Source: Planctomycetaceae bacterium (GTDB lineage: Bacteria; Planctomycetota; Phycisphaerae; Phycisphaerales; UBA5793). Taken from it: a stretch of 64,000 nt of DNA. Shown piece by piece: positions 45,605 to 55,374 of this stretch. Positions within the stretch are counted from its first letter, which is position 1; every line of letters starts with the position of its first letter. The stretch spans positions 621,174 through 685,173 of the forward strand of contig JBDZVA010000003.1 in assembly GCA_040255465.1 (NCBI GenBank). The letters are read 5' to 3'. The notes below the pieces were generated by a model. The model was not told the DNA's origin. It was given only the letters and a program-made list of their open reading frames with translations, and made no database searches. Position numbers and translations under genes: made by a program.

Positions 45605-46720
45605 ATGCTCCGCAAGCGACTCCTTCTTGGACTTGGCTCGATGATCGTCCTGTTCGCCGTTCTGGCAATCGGGGCGGTCCTGCTGCTCGACCGCATCGTC
45701 GGCGAAATCGACGAGATCAAGGCCACGAGCACTACCTATATCGCGCACCTGCATGATCTGGGCGGTCGCATCAGCGCGGTCGAGAGCGCCCTCTATGCGT
45801 CCGACTCCGACTCCCCGAGCCAGGAGGAACTCAAGCGGCTGGCGGGCGACCTGCGCTCATCTCTCGATCCGCTTCAAGCCGACGCACTGAACTGGCCTGA
45901 AGGATCCGAGGCTCCGGCGATCCTCACCCGTATTCTTGCCTCGCTGCCCGGCTTTGCCGATCGGATTGATGCGCTGGCGCTCACCAACCTGCCCGGCACG
46001 TACTACACCGCGCGGGATGAAGTGCTCCGCAGCCACATCGCCCTGCAGACGGACGTACTCGATCTCACCCGGCTCGCCCGCGCCTTCGCCTCCGACAGCC
46101 AGACCGCAATGACCAATCGCTTCCGCTGGGTCGTCCTCGGGGTGGCGATCGCCTCGATCCTCGTGGTCAACATCTCGATCCTCGTGGTGCTGCGCACGGT
46201 CGGCCTCGTGCTGCGTCCGATGGAGGAGATCGTGGACGCCACCACGGTGTGGAGCGGTGAGCGGTTCGATCATCGCATTGCCCTCGATCAGCCTGACGAG
46301 TTCGGGCAATTGGCCCGGGCACTCAACCAGATGGCCGACCGACTGGAAGTGAACGAAACGCGAAAGATCGAGACGCTCCAGCAGACGGCGAGGATGCTCA
46401 ATCATGAACTCAACAACGCCCTGGCGATTATCAGCCTGCAGGTGCAACTGCTCGATCGGTCCAGGAACGCCTCGCCGGAACTCAAAGATCGACTCGATCG
46501 CATCCGCGCGTGCCTGGCCCGCATGACCAACACGGTCGATTCGCTCAAGCAGGTTCGGCGCATTGTGCTGACGGATTACGTGCCGGGTGAGAAGATGCTC
46601 GATCTGCCGCGCTCAATCAGCGAAGCAGCGGACAGCGACGAGGGCCCGCGCGAGGCGGAGATTGCCGTAGTCTCCACACTCAGTTCCACCCCAACTCGAC
46701 AGGGCTCCGAGCACTCGTGA
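45605..46720 (+). CDS. Membrane sensor with HAMP and DHp (HisKA-like) domains but no ATPase domain
   Basis: TM MLRKRLLLGLGSMIVLFAVLAIGAVLLL, a periplasmic ~170-aa region, a second TM, HAMP (LRPMEEIVDATTVWSGERFDHRIALDQPDEFGQLARALNQMADRL), then LNHELNNALAIISLQVQLL. It ends without N/G1/G2 boxes. GTGA overlap with the next gene. Confidence 0.7.
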   Translation: MLRKRLLLGLGSMIVLFAVLAIGAVLLLDRIVGEIDEIKATSTTYIAHLHDLGGRISAVESALYASDSDSPSQEELKRLAGDLRSSLDPLQADALNWPEGSEAPAILTRILASLPGFADRIDALALTNLPGTYYTARDEVLRSHIALQTDVLDLTRLARAFASDSQTAMTNRFRWVVLGVAIASILVVNISILVVLRTVGLVLRPMEEIVDATTVWSGERFDHRIALDQPDEFGQLARALNQMADRLEVNETRKIETLQQTARMLNHELNNALAIISLQVQLLDRSRNASPELKDRLDRIRACLARMTNTVDSLKQVRRIVLTDYVPGEKMLDLPRSISEAADSDEGPREAEIAVVSTLSSTPTRQGSEHS

Positions 46721-48078
46721 ACAGCACGCCTTCGACTGCCAACCACCGTCTCCTGCTCAGCCAGATTCGCTGGCTGGTGGCGCTGCGCTGGGGCGCTGGA
46801 TTCGCCGTCGCGCTGGCGGCGCTTATCGACTGGCTCTGGCTTGAGTGGTTCCCCAACGCCACGGCGGCGCTAATGCTGGGCGTCACGATTCTGGGGTTCA
46901 ATGCCATGGTCGCCGCGTGGACCCGGCGCAGCATTCCGCTCATGCGGCATCCGCGCCGGCTGCTGCTGGCGGTGTGGATCCAGATCGGCGTCGATCTCAC
47001 GCTGTTGGCCATCCTCACCGTCTGGACCGGCGGGCTCACAAGCATCATCAGCGGCTTTTTTGTGTTTCACATGGTCTTTGCGAGTCTGCTGCTCGGCCAG
47101 ACGATGGCCTACCTCGCCGCCACCTACGCCGTGTGCGTCTTCTTCACTCTGCTGTGCAGCCTCGGCGATTCGCCGACGACGCGGGCCGACACGCTCGCCG
47201 CGACGGGTTTTATCCTCACACTCTACATCACGGTGTTTATCGCCAACCACCTCACCACGCGCCTGCGCCGCAATGAACAACGCCTCTACGAGCACTCGCG
47301 GCGGATACTGGACATGTCGCACCGCCTGCGCGATCAGCAGCAGGCGATGGTGCAGCATGAAAAGATGATCGGCCTGGGTCAGCTCGCTGCCGGGCTCGCG
47401 CACGAAATCGCCAATCCGCTCGCCTCCATGGACAGCGTTCTCCAACTCATGATGCGCCGACCCGATCGGCCAGCAGGCAACGCACTGCGGACGCTGCGGG
47501 AACAGATTGAGCGCATCAGCAACATCATCCGCCAGATGACTGCATTTGCGCGTCCTGACGATCCGACCGGACCGCCGGTTCCCATCGGCCAGCTCATCGA
47601 GCGCGTGACAAGAATCGTCCAGCTCGACACTCGAGCCAAGCGCCTGCAACTGGTTGAGGATCTTGATCCTCACCTGGTCAACGATTGGGCGGTGCCTTCG
47701 GCCACTCAGCAGGTGCTGGTCAATCTCGCGATCAATGCGCTCGACGCCATGGCGGACGCAGCCGCCCCGTGCCTGACGATCCGACTGATCCAGCGTCATG
47801 ACAAGAACGTGATTGAGGTTCAGGACAACGGAACGGGCATACCGCCGCAGAACCTCAATCGCATCTTCGAGCCCTTCTTCACCACCAAGCCTGTTGGCAA
47901 GGGAACCGGCCTGGGACTGTCGATCTCCTACCGCCTCGTCGAAAAGCACGGCGGCACGATGCGCGTGCAGAGCACGCCGGGTCAGGGGACGACCTTCACC
48001 ATGTCCTTCCCCTCGGCGCCCGAGGCTAAGCGGCCCTCGACCCCGTCAACTTCTTCGGCCGAGGTCATTCGCGTTTGA
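46717..48078 (+). CDS. Polytopic membrane histidine kinase
   Basis: ~6 TM helices, H-box [17 protein letters not shown]-box [13 protein letters not shown]-boxes QDNGTGIP and [11 protein letters not shown]. Confidence 0.85.
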   Translation: MNSTPSTANHRLLLSQIRWLVALRWGAGFAVALAALIDWLWLEWFPNATAALMLGVTILGFNAMVAAWTRRSIPLMRHPRRLLLAVWIQIGVDLTLLAILTVWTGGLTSIISGFFVFHMVFASLLLGQTMAYLAATYAVCVFFTLLCSLGDSPTTRADTLAATGFILTLYITVFIANHLTTRLRRNEQRLYEHSRRILDMSHRLRDQQQAMVQHEKMIGLGQLAAGLAHEIANPLASMDSVLQLMMRRPDRPAGNALRTLREQIERISNIIRQMTAFARPDDPTGPPVPIGQLIERVTRIVQLDTRAKRLQLVEDLDPHLVNDWAVPSATQQVLVNLAINALDAMADAAAPCLTIRLIQRHDKNVIEVQDNGTGIPPQNLNRIFEPFFTTKPVGKGTGLGLSISYRLVEKHGGTMRVQSTPGQGTTFTMSFPSAPEAKRPSTPSTSSAEVIRV

Positions 48079-48141
48079 CTGCCTGCCACTTCACGCGTAC
48101 CAATCGGCGATGAATGACACAGGAATTCAACTCCGGCTCTC

Positions 48142-48645
48142 ATGATGCGCACCCTACTGCTCCTTCGACACGCCAAGTCGGGTCATGCCGATGACTCGAT
48201 ACCGGATCACGACCGCCCGCTGAGTGAGCGGGGCCGCCGCGCGGCGCCGCGCATGGGCCAACTGCTCATCGACGCCGACCTCGTCCCCGACACCATCATC
48301 AGTTCGTCATCGCAGCGCACGCAGGAGACGGCCGAACTCGTTGCCGAGGCGGGCGATGTTCTCCAGGCGGTCGAGTACGACGAACGACTCTACCTGGCGT
48401 CCGCGAGAACGATTCTCCGCGTGCTGGCCCGCCTGCCATCGCGTGCTCAGCGCGTCATGGTTGTCGGTCACAATCCGGGCCTCGAAGATGCAGTCCGCAC
48501 CTTGACGGGCCGCAGCGAAGACCTGCCCACCGCCGCCCTGGCGCACATCGAGTTGCCCATCGAATCGTGGAACGAACTTGAGGGCAAAGTGAGAGGCACG
48601 CTGCAGAAGGTCTGGCGACCCCGCGATCTCGACTCGGACGACTAG
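48142..48645 (+). CDS. sixA: SixA-like phosphohistidine phosphatase
   Basis: LLLLRHAKSGH...RPLSERG...VVGHNPG, histidine-phosphatase branch 1; 167 aa. Confidence 0.75.
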   Translation: MMRTLLLLRHAKSGHADDSIPDHDRPLSERGRRAAPRMGQLLIDADLVPDTIISSSSQRTQETAELVAEAGDVLQAVEYDERLYLASARTILRVLARLPSRAQRVMVVGHNPGLEDAVRTLTGRSEDLPTAALAHIELPIESWNELEGKVRGTLQKVWRPRDLDSDD

Positions 48646-48738
48646 GTCGGTGGCGCGAAAGCGATCGCGGCAGAACATTGAGCGTGGCGAGGCGTCCTCT
48701 TGGCCCCGACGGGCGCGCCGATCCACGCATCGTTCAGG

Positions 48739-49836
48739 TCAAGGCGTCGACGGCCTGGCGCCGGCAAGACGCTGACCGAGTGCGGTGAGGGACGTGAACT
48801 CCCCTTCCACAAGAAGTTCATCACCATCTTCCAGCACCGTCTCAGGCCCCGGAAAGAGACGGCTGCCTTCCGCTGACTTGCGTCGCACCACACCGATGCC
48901 GAATTCCGTCATCACCTCTCCGACCTTGCGTCCGCACATTGGTCCCCCGTTGCACACGCGCCACCGCTGCATGACCACGAGCTGGTCGTCAATGGCAAAG
49001 CTGTACTCGATGGAACGATCGACCGCAGCCATCGTAAACGATGGCGCGGAGATGGCTGACTGTGACATCGCCAGGTGAATGTTGAATGCGTCGCCGATCT
49101 TGTCCGCCATGCGCTGGTCGAACATGCGCAGGATGACGGGCAGTTCGGGCACGATGTGGCGCGCATCAAGCGCGATCTCGAGGTTGGCGAGGTCATCGTC
49201 CGTCGCGAGGATGATGCTTTTGGCTTTCTGGATGTTGGCCTCTTCGAGGAGCGCCTCGCGCCGCGCATCGCCGATGAAGAGCGGCGAGCCGTCGCGACGC
49301 ACATCATCGAGGAACTGGTTGTTCGGGTCGCGCTCGAAGACGACGACGGCTTCCCCGAGCTTGCGCAGCAGTTTGAAGACTCGAAAGCCCAATCGGCCGA
49401 GCCCGACGAGCACCACGTGATCGGTCATTGACGTCGCCATCGTTTTGCACCAACTTCGTTCATAGCGCCGGCGGTCGCGCAGCATCAGCGAGAAATCCAC
49501 GATTCCTTCGATGATGATCGTCAGCCCGAACACCGGCATGAGAAAGAACAGGGGGCGGATCGCCCAGGACTCCGGGAACCGCTCGGGGGGCTCGCCGAAC
49601 ACCAGGCTCCACGAGTAGTACACCGACTGCCAGATCGACAGCGGTTCGGGATCGTTGAAGAACCGGAACACCAGGGCGCCGCTCGCCACGATCAGCACCA
49701 TGAGCAGCAGCCGCGTTCGGAAGTGGATCATCGCCGTCCGCGCAAAGCACCACTCCCGCCACCAGCGCGATCCGACGAATCGACCTCGCTGGTCCGCTCG
49801 ATTGATCTTGAGGTGGTCCAGTCGTCGCCCGGGCAT
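48739..49836 (-). CDS. Ion-channel protein with RCK (TrkA-N/TrkA-C) domains
   Basis: Two TM helices flank a pore-like loop (YYSWSLVFGEPP; no canonical TVGYG). Then HVVLVGLGRLGFRVFKLL Rossmann and a TrkA-C-like C-terminus. The start could be 49731 (MIHFRT...). Confidence 0.7.
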   Translation of the reverse strand: MPGRRLDHLKINRADQRGRFVGSRWWREWCFARTAMIHFRTRLLLMVLIVASGALVFRFFNDPEPLSIWQSVYYSWSLVFGEPPERFPESWAIRPLFFLMPVFGLTIIIEGIVDFSLMLRDRRRYERSWCKTMATSMTDHVVLVGLGRLGFRVFKLLRKLGEAVVVFERDPNNQFLDDVRRDGSPLFIGDARREALLEEANIQKAKSIILATDDDLANLEIALDARHIVPELPVILRMFDQRMADKIGDAFNIHLAMSQSAISAPSFTMAAVDRSIEYSFAIDDQLVVMQRWRVCNGGPMCGRKVGEVMTEFGIGVVRRKSAEGSRLFPGPETVLEDGDELLVEGEFTSLTALGQRLAGARPSTP

Positions 49837-49957
49837 GCAGTGAACTCCGTCTGAGCGGGGTATTCAATACCGCCGCAGAGCCCGGGTCACCCGGCGCCTG
49901 CCGGGCTATGGTCAGCTCCGGCGGCGCTGAGTTTGGCCATTGAATGCGGCTTTCTCA

Positions 49958-50017
49958 TTGCAGTCGGCGCTCAAATCCGTTAGAATGAAGGCCGCGGAGG
50001 CGTCGGCACGCCTCCGC
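49958..50017 (+). promoter_or_regulatory. Sigma70-like promoter TTGCAG-N17-TAGAAT plus 5'-terminal stem-loop
   Basis: ttgcag (49958-49963), 17-nt spacer, tagaat (49981-49986). A perfect 10-bp hairpin gcggaggcgt cggc acgcctccgc (49994-50017) begins at about the predicted TSS. Confidence 0.5.
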
Positions 50018-50053
50018 CGATCTTCAGTTCCAGGGAGAGAGAGGAAACCACAC

Positions 50054-51688
50054 ATGTTCGCGTCATATTCTGCTCGTCGGCTTGTTCTGACCCTGTGTGT
50101 TGCCGCGTGCAGCACTCCGGCCTTTGCTCAGGCCAACCGCATCGTCAGCGTCAATTCCGACGGCAATCCGGCCAATAACAACAGTTACTACTCCGCAATC
50201 TCCGCCGACGGCCGATTTGTCGCCTTCCAGAGCGAAGCGAGTAATCTCGTCAGCAACGACTTCAACGGGCAGTACGACATCTTTGTCCGTGATATCCGCA
50301 CGGGCCAGACCACGCTCGTCAGCGTGTCGACCTCAGGCTCTTCAGCCAACAGCCTGAGCCTTCAGCCCTCAATTTCGGGCAACGGCCGCTATGTGCTGTT
50401 CGAGAGCAACGCGAGCAACCTCGTCAGCGGCGACACGAATGGCACGTGGGATCTGTTCATGCGCGACCTGCAGACGCAGACCACCATTCGGTTCAGTCTC
50501 GATTCCAATGGCAATCAGGTCTTTAGCCGCAGCGATTCGCCGAACTTCGCCGCCGACAATCGCTACATCATCTTCCACAGCGACGCCGCACTGGTGCCCG
50601 AAGACACCAACGGGTTCACCGACATTTACCGCTACGACGTGCAGTCCCGCGCCGTCATCCGTGTCAGCACGACTTCAAGCGGTGCGCAGGCCAACGGCAC
50701 AAGCTACCATCCGTGGATCTCCGCGGACGGCAACATGGTCGCATTCATGAGCAGCGCCACCAACCTCGTCGCCAACGACACCAACAATCAGGCGGACGTC
50801 TTTACCAAGAACATCGGCACCGGCGAGGTCCGGCGCGTCAATGTCTCAACGCAGGGCACCCAGTGCAATGACGAGACCGTCTGGCCGAGCATCTCGGGCA
50901 ATGGACGGATCGTGTCGTTCTGCAGTCGCGGCAGCACGCTCGTCACCGGCGACACGAACAACAACTGGGATGCGTTCGTTCACGACCTTCAGACGTCGAC
51001 GACCACGCGCATCAACGTTCGACCCGATGGCTCACAGGCCGACAGTTACACCCGCTCGCCGACGACCATGACGCGCGACGGCCGCTACGTCACGTTCGCC
51101 AGCCTCTCAACCAACCTCGTTCCCAACGACACCAACGGGTTCCAGGACATCTTCGTGCGCGACCTGCAGACGAATACGACCATTCGCACCAGCTTTGCGT
51201 ACAACGGCGGGCAGTGCGGCGACGACTGTTTTGTACCCTTCATCGCTGCCGACGGTCGCTATATTACTTTTACCAGCGAGGCCAACGACCACACGCCCGG
51301 CAACAACTATGCCGGCCGCGACATCTTCTGGCAGGATCTCGACGCGGCGATTCTGCTCGATCAGCAACCGCTCCGCCGCGGCGAACGTACAGAGTTCCAT
51401 GCCTATGCCGCCAATCCCGGTGAAACCGTCTACTTCCTCTACGGCACGAGCGGTGTGGGTGGCGGCCCCTGCCCGCCCCAACTCGGAGGTCTGTGTCTCG
51501 ATATTCGCAACGCCGTGCAGATCCTCGGCTCCGCTCGGGCGGACAACTCCGGCCACGCCATGATCAACCCGCGCCTCCCGGCCAATGCGCCGCTGATCGA
51601 GGTTCACACGCAGGCGGCCGTTCGGCGCGGCAACAATGGAGTCGACTCCGTGAAGTCCAACACGCTTTCTGATACGATTAGGCCATAG
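50054..51688 (+). CDS. Secreted seven-bladed PD40/TolB-like beta-propeller protein
   Basis: Signal peptide MFASYSARRLVLTLCVAACSTPAFA. Seven repeats of the type PSIS(A/G)(D/N)GR(Y/F)V.F.S.ASNLV..DTNG..D(I/V)F(V/M)RD(L/I). A distinct ~110-aa C-terminal domain. Confidence 0.75.
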   Translation: MFASYSARRLVLTLCVAACSTPAFAQANRIVSVNSDGNPANNNSYYSAISADGRFVAFQSEASNLVSNDFNGQYDIFVRDIRTGQTTLVSVSTSGSSANSLSLQPSISGNGRYVLFESNASNLVSGDTNGTWDLFMRDLQTQTTIRFSLDSNGNQVFSRSDSPNFAADNRYIIFHSDAALVPEDTNGFTDIYRYDVQSRAVIRVSTTSSGAQANGTSYHPWISADGNMVAFMSSATNLVANDTNNQADVFTKNIGTGEVRRVNVSTQGTQCNDETVWPSISGNGRIVSFCSRGSTLVTGDTNNNWDAFVHDLQTSTTTRINVRPDGSQADSYTRSPTTMTRDGRYVTFASLSTNLVPNDTNGFQDIFVRDLQTNTTIRTSFAYNGGQCGDDCFVPFIAADGRYITFTSEANDHTPGNNYAGRDIFWQDLDAAILLDQQPLRRGERTEFHAYAANPGETVYFLYGTSGVGGGPCPPQLGGLCLDIRNAVQILGSARADNSGHAMINPRLPANAPLIEVHTQAAVRRGNNGVDSVKSNTLSDTIRP

Positions 51689-51718
51689 TCCGATCGACCA
51701 CATGACAGGAGAGCCACG

Positions 51719-53101
51719 ATGACCATCCAACTCGCACGCGGATCGGCCGCGCTGACGCTGCGCACCCGGTTCCTGCTGACGGTCACGGCCGTCGCCGCGC
51801 TGGCGTGCTCTCGCCTGGCCACACTCGCCCTGCCCCCGCTGCCTGACGATTTCATCAACGATGATGCCATCATGTTCGCCGTCTTTGATCTTGCGCAGGC
51901 CACTCCCTCGGCGATCGACGCAACGGGGCGCGGGGTCATCGAGTTCATTCCAGAGTTTGGCGAGCAGATCGCGACAATTCGCCGCGATCACGAGGCCTTT
52001 CTGAACGCGGGCGGTCGCTACATCGTCATCGCCGCAGCGGACACCCAGTCGAACGATCTCTATGCGTTCATGCCGGTCGCGGGCGTCTATGTTGACGCCG
52101 AGCATTGCGATGAAACGGCGCTGACTGAACTCATCAGGAAGCACTCGGCGGAGGTCGTCAGCGATCCCGTCATCGAGCGTCACGGCGACTGGGTCATGCT
52201 GTGGAAAGCCGATCGCATGCGCCTGATCAACCGCAAGGAGGATGGGCCACTGCTCGAGATCCCCAACTTTGATCCAGTTCGCGCCGATCGACTTCGCGCC
52301 GCCTTCGCCGCGCTCAACGGACGTTCGGTGGGCTTGATGATGGTCCCCACGGACGAGATGCACGAAGAGGCCCAGCGCGAGTTTGGCCAGCTCGATCCCG
52401 ACAACGATGAGTATCCGGCCGCGATCCCCATGCTGCTCGCCTCCGCAGTGCAGATCCACGGCTGGATCGACCTGGGGCACAACCCATCCGTAACCAGCGT
52501 CATTGAACTGCCCGAAGCGACCATGGCCACGCAACTCACCCGGCTCATCCAGGGGTTGCCCAAGGCCTTTAACGCCGAAATGGACGGACTCGACGAAATG
52601 CTGGACGAGGCCGAGATGCAGTTGCCACCCGAAGTGAAGCTGATGTACAAGGTGCTCCATTCCTACACCTGTATGCAACAGGGCAGCACGGTGACCGTCT
52701 CCATCGGTCAGGCCAAGTTGCGCCCGATCCTCGATCTCGCCGGGCCGATCCTCGAGAAGCAGCGCGAGCAGGCGAAGAAGTACCAGGCCATGAACCAGCA
52801 GCGGCAGATCGGGATGTCGCTCATCATGTACGCCACCGACCACGACAACCAGTGGCCCGCTTCCCTCGATGATCTTGTTGCGGGAGGACAGGTCACGCGT
52901 CAGCAACTCGACGAACTGCTCACGCATCCGATCACCGGCGAGAAGATCGCGTTCAAATACGTTAAGCCGGATCGACGCTTCGATGAACTCGAAGACCCTG
53001 GCTCGGTTGTCGTCCTTTATGAACTCAAGAACGGCCAGATCAACCGGGAAGGCTGCATCTGCTACGCCGACGGCCACGTTGAAATGGGGGAACGCCAGTA
53101 A
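51719..53101 (+). CDS. Exported protein with DUF1559/H-X9-DG-like C-terminus, no prepilin leader (paralog 1)
   Basis: 460 aa. Hydrophobic N-terminus LLTVTAVAALACSRLATLA. C-terminal module QAMNQQRQIGMSLIMYATDHDNQWPASLDDL...CYADGHVEM resembles the post-helix part of planctomycete pseudopilin-like DUF1559 proteins. Confidence 0.7.
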   Translation: MTIQLARGSAALTLRTRFLLTVTAVAALACSRLATLALPPLPDDFINDDAIMFAVFDLAQATPSAIDATGRGVIEFIPEFGEQIATIRRDHEAFLNAGGRYIVIAAADTQSNDLYAFMPVAGVYVDAEHCDETALTELIRKHSAEVVSDPVIERHGDWVMLWKADRMRLINRKEDGPLLEIPNFDPVRADRLRAAFAALNGRSVGLMMVPTDEMHEEAQREFGQLDPDNDEYPAAIPMLLASAVQIHGWIDLGHNPSVTSVIELPEATMATQLTRLIQGLPKAFNAEMDGLDEMLDEAEMQLPPEVKLMYKVLHSYTCMQQGSTVTVSIGQAKLRPILDLAGPILEKQREQAKKYQAMNQQRQIGMSLIMYATDHDNQWPASLDDLVAGGQVTRQQLDELLTHPITGEKIAFKYVKPDRRFDELEDPGSVVVLYELKNGQINREGCICYADGHVEMGERQ

Positions 53102-54483
53102 TGAATTCGGCTCTGAGGTGCTCAACCGGACATGCCGCACGCCGAACTCGCACGCGCCGGTGCTCGGCTCTGACATCAATCGCGTGCCTGCTGGGCTCCG
53201 GTCTGATGGCGCGCGCCTTGCCGCCGCTGCCCGATGACTTCATCAACGACGAGACGCGCATTCTCGTCTGCGTCGACCTCGCGCAGGCCACGCCTTCCAC
53301 CATCGACGCCACGGGTCGGGGCATCCTGGAGAACCTTCCGGAATTTGGAGAGATCTACGAGGAGCTCCGCACCGACTTCGATGCATGCACCAACGCAGGC
53401 GCTCGCTTCATGGTTCTCGCCGCCGCCGATACCCGATCGCAAGACGTCTACGCCTTCATGCCCGTGGTCGGTCTCTTTGTCGATGCGGAACAGTGCGACG
53501 AGGCAACGCTGACGGAGCTACTCAGGAAACACACCCGGCCGATTACCGACCATCCCGTGATCGAGCGACACGGCGACTGGCTGCTGCTGTGGGAATCGCA
53601 ACGCCTGATCCTCACCCATCCGCTCGAGGATGGGCCCGATCTTAACATCCCCGGCTTCGATCCTGAGCGCTGCAAGCGCGTCCGCGCCGCCTATCAGGCT
53701 CTCGACGGGCGCGCCATCGGCCTGGCGTGGATTCCAACCGATCACATGCATGAGCAGGCCCTTGAAGAGTGGAACGCGCTGCCAGATCAGATTCACCAGT
53801 CGCCGGTCGGCATCCGCCTGATCGCCCAGCTGGCGCAGGAGATCCACGGCTGGATCGATCTCGGCCACAACCCTTCTATCACCGCCGTCGCCGAATTGGC
53901 TGAGGTCGCGCAGGCAACGCAACTTTCCGAGCTCATCAGGTCGATGTCTGACCGCTTCAAGGCCGAAGTGGAGCGCCTGCAGGAGGAACCCGAAGCGGCC
54001 CGCGAGGAAATGGCGTCAGAGATGGCGCTGGCCGGTCGCATCATCGGGGCCATCAACTGCGTCCAGCAGGGCAGCACCGTCACGGTCTCCATCGGCCAGG
54101 CTGACCTGCGGCCGATCCTCGATATGGCCGGGCCGATGCTCGTGCAGCAGCGCAGGCAGGCGCAGGAGATGGTCCTCATGTCCAACGCGCGGCAGATCAG
54201 CATCAGTCTGATCATGTACGCCAACGATCACGACAACCAGTGGCCCGATTCGCTTGATGTGCTCGCGGAAACAAGGCTTATGACCCGCCAGCAACTCGAC
54301 GAACTGCTGACGCACCCGGTCACGGGGGCGAAGCTCGCCTTCGAGTACGTCAAGCCTGACAAGCCGATCGACAAACTTGAGCACGCCGAAGACGTCGTAG
54401 TCCTTCGCGAACTCGAAAACGGCGCCGTCAAGAAGGGCGGCATCACGTGCTATGCCGATGGCCATGTCGAAAGTGGTTCGTAG
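53101..54483 (+). CDS. Exported protein with DUF1559/H-X9-DG-like C-terminus (paralog 2)
   Basis: Also 460 aa, collinear with paralog 1 (ALPPLPDDFINDE..., HGWIDLGHNPS, QQGSTVTVSIGQA.LRPILD, SLIMYANDHDNQWPDSLD, CYADGHVES). TAATG overlap with paralog 1. Confidence 0.7.
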   Translation: MNSALRCSTGHAARRTRTRRCSALTSIACLLGSGLMARALPPLPDDFINDETRILVCVDLAQATPSTIDATGRGILENLPEFGEIYEELRTDFDACTNAGARFMVLAAADTRSQDVYAFMPVVGLFVDAEQCDEATLTELLRKHTRPITDHPVIERHGDWLLLWESQRLILTHPLEDGPDLNIPGFDPERCKRVRAAYQALDGRAIGLAWIPTDHMHEQALEEWNALPDQIHQSPVGIRLIAQLAQEIHGWIDLGHNPSITAVAELAEVAQATQLSELIRSMSDRFKAEVERLQEEPEAAREEMASEMALAGRIIGAINCVQQGSTVTVSIGQADLRPILDMAGPMLVQQRRQAQEMVLMSNARQISISLIMYANDHDNQWPDSLDVLAETRLMTRQQLDELLTHPVTGAKLAFEYVKPDKPIDKLEHAEDVVVLRELENGAVKKGGITCYADGHVESGS

Positions 54484-54652
54484 CCCTTCCCCGCTGCATT
54501 CGACTTCGCACTCTGTCGCACCGCCCTAGCATCCAGCCGTGCCATCCCGACCCGATCGCAGACCGTCGCATCCATCATCGAAACGTCGCCCACCCGGGCA
54601 GCGCCAGGCGCCACCGCGCCGCAGCCCAGCAGGCAAACCACCGCTGCGCCTG

Positions 54653-55366
54653 ATGACGACGACGCTCTGGGAGTACCCCAGCCAGCACTACGACTCACCC
54701 AACGTCGGCTCGATGCAGGGTGACAAGAACTACACCGGCGCCACCCCCTCGTGGGTCATCTGGCAACTGCTCCAGCGCTACACCCGCGACACCGACACCA
54801 TTCTCGATCCGATGTGCGGCAGCGGCACGACACTTGATGTTGCCCGCGATCTCGGCCGCGCGGCCGTCGGTTTCGACCTCGCCCCGACCCGTGCCGATAT
54901 CAGCAAGGCCGACGCGCGCAAGTTGCCGCTTGCGGCGCACAGCGTCGATTTTGTCTTCATTGACCCGCCCTACTCGACGCACATCGACTACTCGAATGAT
55001 CTCAACTGCATCGGCCGCCTCGACGCGGGCAGCGATGATGGCGGCAAGGCCTACTACGAGGCCATGCGCAACGTGATCGACGAGTCGGTGCGCGTGCTGC
55101 GCAATCGCCGGTACTTCGCGCTGTATGTGAGCGATTCATGGCGCAAGAAGAAGGGCCCAAGAGGCAGCGGCGCTGGCGTGTTCATGCCCATCGGCTTTGA
55201 ACTCTTCAACATCATGCGCCGCCGGCTGCAACCTGTTGACATCATCACGGTGGTGCGCCACAACCAGAAGCTCAAACGCGGCAACTGGCATAAGACCGCC
55301 GAAGAAGAGAACTTCTTCCTCCGCGGCTTCAACTATCTTTTCATCATGAAAAAGATGGGCGACTGA
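54653..55366 (+). CDS. SAM-dependent N4/N6-type methyltransferase (solitary)
   Basis: Motif I ILDPMCGSGTTLDVARDLGR is followed ~55 aa later by motif IV FIDPPY. ATG 54653 is in frame with ORF 54539. No adjacent restriction or specificity gene is recognised. Confidence 0.75.
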   Translation: MTTTLWEYPSQHYDSPNVGSMQGDKNYTGATPSWVIWQLLQRYTRDTDTILDPMCGSGTTLDVARDLGRAAVGFDLAPTRADISKADARKLPLAAHSVDFVFIDPPYSTHIDYSNDLNCIGRLDAGSDDGGKAYYEAMRNVIDESVRVLRNRRYFALYVSDSWRKKKGPRGSGAGVFMPIGFELFNIMRRRLQPVDIITVVRHNQKLKRGNWHKTAEEENFFLRGFNYLFIMKKMGD

Positions 55367-55374
55367 TCGTCGTA

